Below, piece after piece: positions 46,955 through 54,904 of a DNA stretch of 58,643 nt. The translations under genes and the position numbers were made by a program. Position 1 is the stretch's first letter. Each line of letters begins with the position of its first letter. The DNA comes from a virus (lineage: Duplodnaviria > Caudoviricetes), in IMG/VR virus record IMGVR_UViG_3300036798_000432, positions 1 to 58,643 of that record; one strand, 5' to 3'. The notes under the pieces are model-generated. The model was not told where the DNA came from. It saw nothing but the letters and a program-made list of their open reading frames with translations, and did not search any database.

Positions 46955-46985
46955 AAAAAGGGCGCCGCTTTCCAGGGCGGCGCCC
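46955..46985 (-). terminator. Terminator-like hairpin with CCUGGAAA loop downstream of sciP
   Basis: GGGCGCCGC-CCTGGAAA-GCGGCGCCC-TTTTT on the minus strand. Confidence 0.7.
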
Positions 46986-47011
46986 TTTAGTTGCAGAGAA
47001 CTCTTTATCGG

Positions 47012-47293
47012 CTATCCGACGATGAGCCGCAAGGGTCGTGCCCGGCGGCGGGTATCGACGAGCGAGGCCTTCAGACCACCCTTGCCGTGCCGCTCGACGG
47101 CGACCTGCCACTCGCTGAGCTCGGCCTGGGTGATCTCGTAACGGCGATAGGCTTCCTCGGCGGTCAATTCGTTGAGGCGGAAGGCCTCGACGACGGCCAG
47201 CTTTTTGCCGGGTGTCCACCGCTTCACCGGTGGTGCGGGCAGCTGCACCGGCAGAAAACGTGGTTGGGTCATGGTGATCTCCTTGGGTTTCAA
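47012..47293 (-). CDS. sciP: SciP (DUF1153) CtrA-inhibitor homologue
   Basis: LP.PPVKRWTPGKKLAVV.A.....LT.EEAYRRYEIT..EL.EW...V.RHG..GL, the DUF1153 signature. AAGGA SD. Confidence 0.85.
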   Translation of the reverse strand: MKPKEITMTQPRFLPVQLPAPPVKRWTPGKKLAVVEAFRLNELTAEEAYRRYEITQAELSEWQVAVERHGKGGLKASLVDTRRRARPLRLIVG

Positions 47294-47529
47294 CGGTAGT
47301 ATCGCGGCGGCGGCGGGGTGGTGATCAGACCACCGACCGCGCCGACGGCACCGCCGACCGCCGCACCCATCGCCGCACCTGGTCCGCCGCCAGCCGCGGC
47401 GCCGATGGCCGCTCCGCTGCCTGCGCCGATCAGACCGCCCCCAATCGTCCGCTGCACCGGGTCGTAGGGGTTCGTACAGCCGACGAGCGCGCCGCTCATC
47501 ACAAGAACAACCAGCAAAATCCGTGTCAT
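47290..47529 (-). CDS. Glycine-zipper lipoprotein
   Basis: Lipobox LVGC; GGGLIGAGSGAAIGAAAGG...GAAVGGAVGAVGG. Confidence 0.85.
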   Translation of the reverse strand: MTRILLVVLVMSGALVGCTNPYDPVQRTIGGGLIGAGSGAAIGAAAGGGPGAAMGAAVGGAVGAVGGLITTPPPPRYYR

Positions 47530-47555
47530 TCCTTCCTCCAAAAAGGGTCTAGAAT

Positions 47556-47831
47556 TTACGTCTCGTTTCCCGACGAGGGTTCTCCGTGGCCCCAATCGCC
47601 GGGGGCGGGCACGCCGCCCGTGTGTTCCAGCACAGCGGGCGGCACCTCGCCGCCCGTGGCACGACAGCGCGCCATGAACATCTCGACCTTGGCCGGGGGG
47701 ATCACGGCGCCATCGCCGGCAAACGCGCGTAGCTGTGCCACCCGCTGGCGGCACAGCTCGTCCGGGGTAGAGCAGGCCGCGAGCAGCATTACTGCTGCTC
47801 CGGCGAGCGTGCGGGCTAATCGCGCCGACAT
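47556..47831 (-). CDS. Putative lipoprotein
   Basis: Lipobox LAAC. Confidence 0.65.
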   Translation of the reverse strand: MSARLARTLAGAAVMLLAACSTPDELCRQRVAQLRAFAGDGAVIPPAKVEMFMARCRATGGEVPPAVLEHTGGVPAPGDWGHGEPSSGNET

Positions 47832-48112
47832 TGCTCTTCCTGTTCTTGACGAATACGGCTCAGGCGCTCTTCGAGCTCCTCACGGGCGTTGTATCGAGCC
47901 CGATCGATTGCCCGTTCCAGCCGGTGCTCGGCGTAGCGCAGCTGCTCGCAATGTTGCCAGTGATCGCGGCCGCGGCCGCCCTGGACGGGCTGCGGGATGG
48001 CGATGCCGGGGGCGATAGTGACGCCAGGGACGGGTATCTGGACATATTGCGCCGCGGCCGGGAGGGCTGCGGTGGCGAGTAGAACGGCGGCGGTCAGTGC
48101 AGTTTTTAACAT
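47816..48112 (-). CDS. Small secreted protein
   Basis: Signal peptide ending AAA-Q; CACGGAG SD; paired Cys. Confidence 0.75.
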   Translation of the reverse strand: MLKTALTAAVLLATAALPAAAQYVQIPVPGVTIAPGIAIPQPVQGGRGRDHWQHCEQLRYAEHRLERAIDRARYNAREELEERLSRIRQEQEEQCRRD

Positions 48113-48129
48113 TTCTAATCTCCGTGGTT

Positions 48130-48318
48130 TCAGGGACGGGGGGTGCGACGGCGGTCACCGAGGTGACGGCGGATAAACGCCGCCTCCTTCGCGGGATCGA
48201 GGACCTCGCGAAGATCGCGATCGGCCGGCAATTGGGCGGCGCGCTCGAAGACCACCTCGAGGTGCTCGAGCGCCCGCCGAAGGCGGCCGATGGGTGTCAG
48301 ATCGTCTTGGTTCTTCAT
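48130..48318 (-). CDS. Hypothetical protein
   Basis: ATGA-coupled to the ctrA-like gene. Confidence 0.55.
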   Translation of the reverse strand: MKNQDDLTPIGRLRRALEHLEVVFERAAQLPADRDLREVLDPAKEAAFIRRHLGDRRRTPRP

Positions 48319-48653
48319 TGCCGCAGAACGTAACCGCGGCCCCAGACGGTCTGGATCAGCTGGTCGGCCGAGGGCAGCGTGCCGGCGAATTTGCTGCGGA
48401 TCTTGCAGACAAAGACGTCGATGATCTTCTGGTCGGGCTCGGTCGTCGACGGATAGAGGTGGTCGAGGATCTGGCTCTTCGAGACGATAGTCCCGGCGTG
48501 CAGGGCCAGGCACTCGACGATCGCATATTCCTTCTTGGTCAGACGCACCGGGTGTCCGGCGAGCTCGACCGTGGTCGCCACGCAGTCGATGCGCAGCGGG
48601 CCGACCTGGTGCCGTGCGCAGACCGGGTTTAGTTCGGTAGACGGATCTGGCAT
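48315..48653 (-). CDS. ctrA: CtrA-like OmpR winged-helix DNA-binding domain without a receiver domain
   Basis: LTKKEY...L.L..GT...K...L.HLY....EP..KIIDVFVCKIR.K...I.TVWGRGYVLR closely follows the CtrA C-terminus (KIIDVFICKLRKK, TVWGRGYVLR). AGGAG SD at a short N-terminus. Confidence 0.85.
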   Translation of the reverse strand: MPDPSTELNPVCARHQVGPLRIDCVATTVELAGHPVRLTKKEYAIVECLALHAGTIVSKSQILDHLYPSTTEPDQKIIDVFVCKIRSKFAGTLPSADQLIQTVWGRGYVLRQ

Positions 48654-48857
48654 ATGATGGTTCTCCTGGTTCTAGTAGTGCCCAACACAACGAACCGGAA
48701 GGACGCCGCTCCCTCTGCATTGATGGATCCGGGGACGGGCTCAAACCGTCGCCGGTGACAGATCGATGGGGACGGTCCGGGGAAGGCCGGTCACTCGGCC
48801 TGAGACCCTCGGCCCTCGCGAGTGTCCGCGGGGGGCGGCGTCGATCGGTACGCCGTA

Positions 48858-48886
48858 CATATACGTCTAATACCGTACAGAGACAA
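48858..48886 (-). promoter_or_regulatory. Promoter TTGTCT-N17-TATATG with TACGG-N6-ACGTA operator
   Basis: Upstream of the ctrA-like to sciP operon. The operator resembles the one at 50605-50620. Confidence 0.6.
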
Positions 48887-48899
48887 GGGGGAAATTAAG

Positions 48900-49106
48900 C
48901 TAGAATTCGATGATCAAACCTGTGGGGGCACGCAATATGATCTTGAGATCCCGGCGCTCCCGGCGGGCGTGGCGGGCGCAGGCCGTGAGCTCGTCGCGGT
49001 CGAGGCTCTTGGCCTGAAAGACCAGGCGAATGATGCTGTCGACCTCGCGGGTGATCGTCAGGTGCCAGGCTGGGCGGCGGCTGCCGCCGGTCGCGTCGAT
49101 GATCAT
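48900..49106 (-). CDS. Small hypothetical protein, paralogue of 26638..26805
   Basis: RLVFQAK..D..EL...AR.....IILRAPTG. Confidence 0.6.
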   Translation of the reverse strand: MIIDATGGSRRPAWHLTITREVDSIIRLVFQAKSLDRDELTACARHARRERRDLKIILRAPTGLIIEF

Positions 49107-50335
49107 GGGGTCGCTCCTTCCAGCGGCATGTCGATCGGGAATGGCAAGGCTTCGCACAGCGTTTGGTCTTCCGGGCGCATGCGGTTTGACTTGGCCGAAT
49201 TGTCGCGCGCCGGCAAATATTGCAAATTCCAAGGAACGTGCAGGCCGCTGATCGGGTAGCCTTCTGTTGTTATTGCGTGGGATTTTCGACCGCCCAATGG
49301 CACGATGTGGTCAACCTGTTTTCCGGCCGGGCAATCAGCAAAGATGCGTCTCAAGGCCGCAAGATTAACCCAAGGGGGCGCGCGATAGCTGGCGCGGTAT
49401 ATACTATTTCTAAGTTTTCGGCCCACCGGGTGGACCGTGGACCAGTCTTTGGACTGACGGTTTGTTTTGATTATTTGCTCTTCTGATTGATTGTTGCGCG
49501 TGTTCTGTTTGCTGAGTTGCACACAACCAAGACAGGCGTTGTCGGATACTCGGCGCTCGGTGATGTGGCCGTATTTGCAGGGTTCTCCCGTAAAAAAACG
49601 CTTCAGGCCGGCAGCGTGGGCGTCGACGCGGAGCCTCGCATTTTGCATAAGCCGCGGGCCGGGCGGCTTTGGCGGTTTAGGCGGTTTGGCTTGCCAGTGA
49701 TTGATTTGAGCGGCCGCGCATGCTAGGCACTCGCCATCCGACGTGAGCCGTTTAGACTTATGTCCGTTTGCGCAAGGTAGGCCTGTGGAATAATATTCCA
49801 GCCCAGCCGCGCGAGCCCTTTCGCGTGCGCCGATGCGCTGCGGCGGATGCGTCTTCTGGTAGTCGGCGCCACACCCGGCGCACCCGCTATTCGACGTGTA
49901 ACGCTGGGTATGTCCTTGCGGACAAGGCGAGCCGGTGAAGTATGGCAGCCCGGCGGCACGGGCCTCCTCACGAGCGCGTTGGTTTAGCGTCGGCCCCTTT
50001 GGCGGCGATTTGGGTCGGGCTGCGTTTCGGGTCTCCCAACAAGCAATACAGCCCCCTGTCGACACCCAGCGATCGGCGATGTGGCCGTGTTTGCAGGGCT
50101 TGCCCGTGAAGTAGCGCTGGAGCTCGAGGGCGCGGGCCGCCTGACGAATGGGCTGACTTAACGCCCACCCCGTTGGCGGGTGTTTGGGTTTCGAGCAGGC
50201 GACGCACCACTTTGTGGATACATAACGATCGGCGATGTGGCCGTGTTTGCAGGGCTGACCGGTGAAATAGTGTCGGAGCTTGCGGGCTTTGGCCTCGGCG
50301 CGGGTGATTATTTCGGGAAGGATAGTTTCGGGCAT
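49103..50335 (-). CDS. HNH endonuclease with five tandem Cys/His zinc-binding repeats
   Basis: (Y/F)-x-TG-x-PC-x-x-GH...R-x-x-S...CxxC five times. C-terminal VDHIVPL...GLHVPWNLQYL...N..KSN. Confidence 0.9.
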   Translation of the reverse strand: MPETILPEIITRAEAKARKLRHYFTGQPCKHGHIADRYVSTKWCVACSKPKHPPTGWALSQPIRQAARALELQRYFTGKPCKHGHIADRWVSTGGCIACWETRNAARPKSPPKGPTLNQRAREEARAAGLPYFTGSPCPQGHTQRYTSNSGCAGCGADYQKTHPPQRIGARERARAAGLEYYSTGLPCANGHKSKRLTSDGECLACAAAQINHWQAKPPKPPKPPGPRLMQNARLRVDAHAAGLKRFFTGEPCKYGHITERRVSDNACLGCVQLSKQNTRNNQSEEQIIKTNRQSKDWSTVHPVGRKLRNSIYRASYRAPPWVNLAALRRIFADCPAGKQVDHIVPLGGRKSHAITTEGYPISGLHVPWNLQYLPARDNSAKSNRMRPEDQTLCEALPFPIDMPLEGATP

Positions 50336-50369
50336 AGCGCCGCAAATATGCGGCGGTTGCCGTACGGCT

Positions 50370-50594
50370 TCAAGGGCTGTGGCGGCGGCTTCGTCTGACC
50401 GCCGAGCGGATCGTACGGCCTTCCTTGCGCTCGTCGGATGCGATCAGGTCGAGGGCGAAATTGATCAGGTAGACGATCGCGGCGGTGCGCGAGGGGGCGA
50501 CCTGCTGCTCTTGACACCAGCCGTCGACCCGCTCGACGAGCTCCGGGGGGACGCGGAGCTCGAGACGGGCGGTGGCTTGGGGGGTGCGCGGCAT
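50370..50594 (-). CDS. Ribbon-helix-helix regulator, probably leaderless
   Basis: RLELRVPPELVERVDGW.......SRTAAI.YLI. Confidence 0.8.
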   Translation of the reverse strand: MPRTPQATARLELRVPPELVERVDGWCQEQQVAPSRTAAIVYLINFALDLIASDERKEGRTIRSAVRRSRRHSP

Positions 50595-50600
50595 CCCGTC

Positions 50601-50628
50601 ATTGTACGGAAAATGCCGTATAGGTCAA
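50601..50628 (-). promoter_or_regulatory. Promoter TTGACC-N16-TACAAT with TACGG-N6-CCGTA palindrome
   Basis: The -10 box ends 6 nt before ATG 50594 and there is no SD. Confidence 0.65.
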
Positions 50629-50831
50629 TGGATTGTCACGCAGCGGTAGTGAACGGCGACGGGTAACCCGGTGACCACCAGCGCGCGGTTGTCCTCGCGT
50701 TGAAACTGCCGGGCGAGTGGGCTGCAGTCGGTCCAGCCGTGATGGTAGCTCAGCGGTTTGCAGCCGGACTGGGTGCGGGTCGCGTAGCACTGCAGAAGGG
50801 CTACCAGGAGCAGCGGCACCAGGCTTTTCAT
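50625..50831 (-). CDS. Small secreted Cys-containing protein
   Basis: Signal-like MKSLVPLLLVALL. Confidence 0.5.
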   Translation of the reverse strand: MKSLVPLLLVALLQCYATRTQSGCKPLSYHHGWTDCSPLARQFQREDNRALVVTGLPVAVHYRCVTIH

Positions 50832-50865
50832 GGCTTCCGTCGCTGGAAATCGGCGGTGGTTTCCA

Positions 50866-51198
50866 TCAGGTCTTTCCCGCCGGTTCTTCCGCCAATTGTG
50901 GCGAGAGCAGAGGCTTGAGCAGTTGTTCCAGCGCCGCGACGTGTTCGGGACACAGCAAGCCGTCGCGATACCACCGGGTGCCTGGTCCAAAATCGAGGAC
51001 AAGCGTCGGGGTGCGCTGCCAGAAGACGTGAAGGTAGACCCAGCCCCGAGGCAGGGCGGTGCCGTTGGCGCAAGCGGTGGCCACGCAGTTGCCCCAGGCG
51101 CAGGCGGTGGGTAAAGCGGCATATTGGCTCGATGACATCTCGACCTCGCCGATCAAGTGGAAGGTCGGTGCCTTGCTGCGGCGTTGGTGACGGTTCAC
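50866..51198 (-). CDS. Zn-binding hypothetical protein with N-terminal NRHQRR motif
   Basis: GGAGG SD; CAWGNC, LPRGW, LCPEH. Confidence 0.7.
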   Translation of the reverse strand: MNRHQRRSKAPTFHLIGEVEMSSSQYAALPTACAWGNCVATACANGTALPRGWVYLHVFWQRTPTLVLDFGPGTRWYRDGLLCPEHVAALEQLLKPLLSPQLAEEPAGKT

Positions 51199-51283
51199 TG
51201 ATATTCCTCCGCGTGTTGCGTTAAGCGCCGGAACAATATGACAGAAACCCGTGCTTCGGGCAAGTGTACGGGAGGGGATTTTT

Positions 51284-51622
51284 GTGCCGCCACGTTGGAC
51301 AAAGGAGAACGACGCTTATGTCGACCGCCGCACCGCCGAGGGAGCGAATTACACGACGATTGCCGGGGAGCTCGGGCCCGAGATCACCGCCGCGGCGATC
51401 GCCGGCCGGATGCGGCGACGAATACTGGCCGCCGACGGCCGCGAGCCGATCAGTGCCGCCGTGCTCGATGAGCGTCTCACAACCGAGGGATGTCGCTGGG
51501 TCATTGGCGACCCCGGTCGCGGTGGTGACTGGCGTTGGTGCGGGGCAAAAATTATCGATGGCAGCTGGTGTGCGGAGCACGCCGCGATTGGGCGAATGCG
51601 AGGGGGAAGCAAACTACTATGA
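51284..51622 (+). CDS. gcrA: GcrA-family cell-cycle regulator (compact)
   Basis: N-terminal WT.E.......EG..Y..IA.ELG..IT..AIAG...R. C-terminal CRWVIGDP....WCG....WCAEH. GGAGG SD. Confidence 0.8.
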   Translation: MPPRWTKENDAYVDRRTAEGANYTTIAGELGPEITAAAIAGRMRRRILAADGREPISAAVLDERLTTEGCRWVIGDPGRGGDWRWCGAKIIDGSWCAEHAAIGRMRGGSKLL

Positions 51623-52191
51623 GACAGCAACGGGACAAGCGGCGGGTCGGGGGAGAGGAAGCGCGGATTGCACCACCGCCGGAGCGGTTTCGGGCAGATC
51701 ACGTCTCGGGTGCTCTGGTGGTGCGTTGCGAAGAGCCGGTGGCCGATGCCAATGGCGGAGTTGGCCGGCCGTGGAAGGCGCTCGACACACTGGCCAGGAT
51801 GGAGCGCGCCGGCTCGATCTCGCGTGGCATGCGAGCGGCCGGGGTCCTCTTTAACGAGTATTTTAACGATGCCGGCTTAGACCCGCTGTGGGCCGCCGAC
51901 CCAACGCGGATTCCGGTATTGACGATGAGCGGCAAGCCTTGGTCGATCGGTCGCCGCGGCTCGACCTCGGCGCTGGAGGCGGTGATCGATGCGTTGGTGA
52001 TGCTGGGTGGGATTTCGTCGCCCGGCGGGTCGTGTGCCTGGCATGTTCTGGGGTGCGAAATGACAATCGAACGCTGGGCAATCTCGCGATCGTGGTGCGG
52101 TCACCCGGTGCACCGCAAGGTGGCGGCCGGCATCCTGTTGACGGATCTCGGAATTTTGGAAAATTACTTTGGGCTGAGCAAAGACGCTTGA
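51619..52191 (+). CDS. Putative late transcription regulator (DUF6456-like)
   Basis: D.LARM...G.IS.....AG..F...F..AGL...AL..LGG..SP.GS.AWHV.G. Last gene before terL. Confidence 0.55.
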   Translation: MRQQRDKRRVGGEEARIAPPPERFRADHVSGALVVRCEEPVADANGGVGRPWKALDTLARMERAGSISRGMRAAGVLFNEYFNDAGLDPLWAADPTRIPVLTMSGKPWSIGRRGSTSALEAVIDALVMLGGISSPGGSCAWHVLGCEMTIERWAISRSWCGHPVHRKVAAGILLTDLGILENYFGLSKDA

Positions 52192-52275
52192 CAGGGTGGG
52201 GTCCCCCAGAAAAAGTTTTTGCCCGACGGGTGGGGATGCGACTCCACCCTAGACCAAACCCAGAACATCGGAAAA

Positions 52276-54483
52276 ATGATGCCGAGCTACGAGCCGCAGG
52301 GCGCGCAGCTGCGTGCCTTTTCCGCCTCCAATGCGTTTTTGCGGGCCCTGATCGGGCCGATCTACGGCGGCCGCAAAAGCTGCTGCATCAACGATATCGT
52401 TCGACGGGCGACAATCCGGCGGTGGGCGAAGCAAACCCGCTGGCGGTGGGTCGTAGTGGCGCCGATTCGCCGCGAGCTCGAGCGATTTGTGATCCCAACG
52501 ATCAAGAATTGGCTGGAAGTCGGCGAATACGACGACAAAGGGCGGCATTTCGCCCTGCATTACCGCCTCGAGGACGGGGTCCAGCGTCTGATCGAGATCG
52601 ATTTCCTCGGTATGGACGATGCGCAGGACCGAAAACGCTTCGCTGTGGCCACGGCGACGGGTGTCTGGCTCGATGATGCCCGAAATTTGAGCGAAAGCGT
52701 CCTCGAAGACGCGATGCGCATCGCCGGCACGTACCCGACACCGCTCGCCGGTGGGGCGATGTGGTCGGGGGTGATCTGCTCGTCGCGGATGCCGCCGCCT
52801 GGTCATTGGCTGGTGCGCAGGCCAGAGGACCCGGGCGATTTACAGCTGTTTCGTCAGCCTGGCGGGCGGACCGCGGAGGCCGAGAACCTGCCGGCGCTGC
52901 AGGCCAGGGGCTTCAGCTACGAGGCGTTTGCCAGCGAGCGCGACGCCGACTGGATCAGGGTCAATATCGACGGCGAGCTCGGGCAAACCGCGACCGAGGC
53001 GGCGGCCGAGGCCGAACGAGCCGCTGCCCGCCAGCAATTGACCCGTTGGGTCGGGCTGACGATGCCCGATTTGACGCCGGCACGGCATCACGAGCTGCTG
53101 ATTGCCAAGCTCGAGGCCCTGGCGCGGCGCGAAATCAAGCGTTTGATGTTCTTTTTGCCGCCTGGATCGGCCAAAAGCACCTATGGCAGCGTGCTTTTCC
53201 CCTCCTGGTACATCGGCAACCACCCGACGCACTCGGTAATCGCCGCCTCGCACTCCAAGGAGCTCGCCGAGCGGTTTGGCCGCCGGGTCCGCAACATCGT
53301 CGGTTCACCAATCTTTCGGGAAACGTTCGGGTTTGGCCTGAGCGGCGATTCGGGTGCCGCCGGGCGCTGGGAAACCGCCCGCGGGGGCGAATATTTTGCC
53401 GTCGGCGTCGACGCCTCGGTCACCGGCCGGCGCGCCCATCTCGGTATCATCGATGATCCGGTCAAAGGCCGCGCCGAGGCCGACAGTGCGACGATCCGGC
53501 AGCACGTTTGGGAGTGGTACAAGGCCGATTTCTGGACCCGGCTCGTGCCCGAGGCGACGATGCTCTACATCGGCACCCGGTGGCACGAGGATGATCTCGC
53601 CGGGCGCCTGCTCGAGGACGCCAAGGTCGGCGGCGAGCAATGGGAAGTGGTCAGTCTGCCGGCGATCGTCGAGGAGGAGGGGGATGCGCTGGGCCGGATC
53701 ATCGGCGAGCGGCTCTGGCCCGAGTGGTACACCCCGGAGATGCTGGAGGTCGCCCAGCGCGACACGCGGAACTGGTCGGCACTCTGGCAGCAGCGGCCAA
53801 TGCCGGAATCGGGCGACTATTTCCAGAATGACTGGGTGCGCTGGTATGACAGCGCCCCGCCGCGTGACCGGCTGCGCACCTATGGCGCCTCGGATTACGC
53901 GGTGAAGGCCAATGCCGGCGACTGGACGGTGCACCTGGTCGCCGGGATCGACCCCAACGATGATCTCTATCTCCTAGATCTGTGGCGCAAACAAACCGCC
54001 TCGAACGAATGGGTCGAGTCGGTTATCGATCTGATGGATCTGTGGAAAACCATCACCTGGGCCGAGGAGGCCGGGCAGATCGAGAAGGGGGTCGGGCCGT
54101 TTCTGACCAAGCGTCAGCTCGAGCGCAAGATCTACGCGGTCAGAAAGCAATACAGCTCGGCCGCGGACAAGGCGGTGCGAGCCCAGGCGATCCGCGGCCG
54201 GGTGGCGATGGGCAAGGTGTACTTGCCCAAGCGCGCGCCCTGGGCGCCGGTGCTGCTCGACGAAATGCTGCGCTTTCCGGCTGGGAAAGCAGATGACCAG
54301 GTCGACGGCCTGGCCCTTTTGGGCCGGATGCTCGACGAGATGGTGCCGGGGAGCAAACCCAAGCCGGCGGCCGAGGAGCCGCGCGGGGTTTCCGGCATGA
54401 CGCTCGACGAGCTGTGGAAGCTCGATAAGCGATATTTCAAAAATGGCCGGTTTGTCGGGGATGGTCGGCCGCTGAGGATCTGA
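52276..54483 (+). CDS. terL: Terminase large subunit with an extra, degenerate N-terminal TerL ATPase domain
   Basis: Intact unit: PPGSAKST, IIDDP, GTRWH, nuclease ASDYA / AEEA / DDQVD. Extra unit: GPIYGGRKS, GVWLDD, G.YP...GG..WSG, FRQPGG....AENL. Confidence 0.9.
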   Translation: MMPSYEPQGAQLRAFSASNAFLRALIGPIYGGRKSCCINDIVRRATIRRWAKQTRWRWVVVAPIRRELERFVIPTIKNWLEVGEYDDKGRHFALHYRLEDGVQRLIEIDFLGMDDAQDRKRFAVATATGVWLDDARNLSESVLEDAMRIAGTYPTPLAGGAMWSGVICSSRMPPPGHWLVRRPEDPGDLQLFRQPGGRTAEAENLPALQARGFSYEAFASERDADWIRVNIDGELGQTATEAAAEAERAAARQQLTRWVGLTMPDLTPARHHELLIAKLEALARREIKRLMFFLPPGSAKSTYGSVLFPSWYIGNHPTHSVIAASHSKELAERFGRRVRNIVGSPIFRETFGFGLSGDSGAAGRWETARGGEYFAVGVDASVTGRRAHLGIIDDPVKGRAEADSATIRQHVWEWYKADFWTRLVPEATMLYIGTRWHEDDLAGRLLEDAKVGGEQWEVVSLPAIVEEEGDALGRIIGERLWPEWYTPEMLEVAQRDTRNWSALWQQRPMPESGDYFQNDWVRWYDSAPPRDRLRTYGASDYAVKANAGDWTVHLVAGIDPNDDLYLLDLWRKQTASNEWVESVIDLMDLWKTITWAEEAGQIEKGVGPFLTKRQLERKIYAVRKQYSSAADKAVRAQAIRGRVAMGKVYLPKRAPWAPVLLDEMLRFPAGKADDQVDGLALLGRMLDEMVPGSKPKPAAEEPRGVSGMTLDELWKLDKRYFKNGRFVGDGRPLRI

Positions 54484-54493
54484 GGGGGCAACA

Positions 54494-54898
54494 ATGGCTG
54501 TTGGCGTGCCGTCTGCGGCGAACGAGGCCTTGATCTCGATCGAATACGACGAAACCGCGCTCCTCTGGGCGACGATGTACGACAATCACGTGGTGGCGTG
54601 GATTGTCGACGAGGCCGAACCGCAAAGCTTTGAGCCGGCGCCGCGGGTCATCGGCCAACTGCCGACCGCGGCACCCGACACCGCACCGGTGCAGTCGCCG
54701 CAATGGGCCCTGGTGCTGACATCGGGCACGGTCTATGTGCCGGACCAGGTGCGGTTGCCGCTCGCGCAGTTTTTTGACTGGCTGGCCTCGAACGGCGGGG
54801 CCCGGCGGCAATTGCGCGGGGTGTTCTCGCAGAACTTCCTGGTGGCGACCTGGAATGACTGGGCCGCGAAGAACCCCGGCGCGGTGTGGCGGGGCTAA
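54494..54898 (+). CDS. Hypothetical protein between terL and portal
   Basis: GAGGGG SD, 134 aa. Confidence 0.7.
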   Translation: MAVGVPSAANEALISIEYDETALLWATMYDNHVVAWIVDEAEPQSFEPAPRVIGQLPTAAPDTAPVQSPQWALVLTSGTVYVPDQVRLPLAQFFDWLASNGGARRQLRGVFSQNFLVATWNDWAAKNPGAVWRG

Positions 54899-54904
54899 CC
54901 GGCG

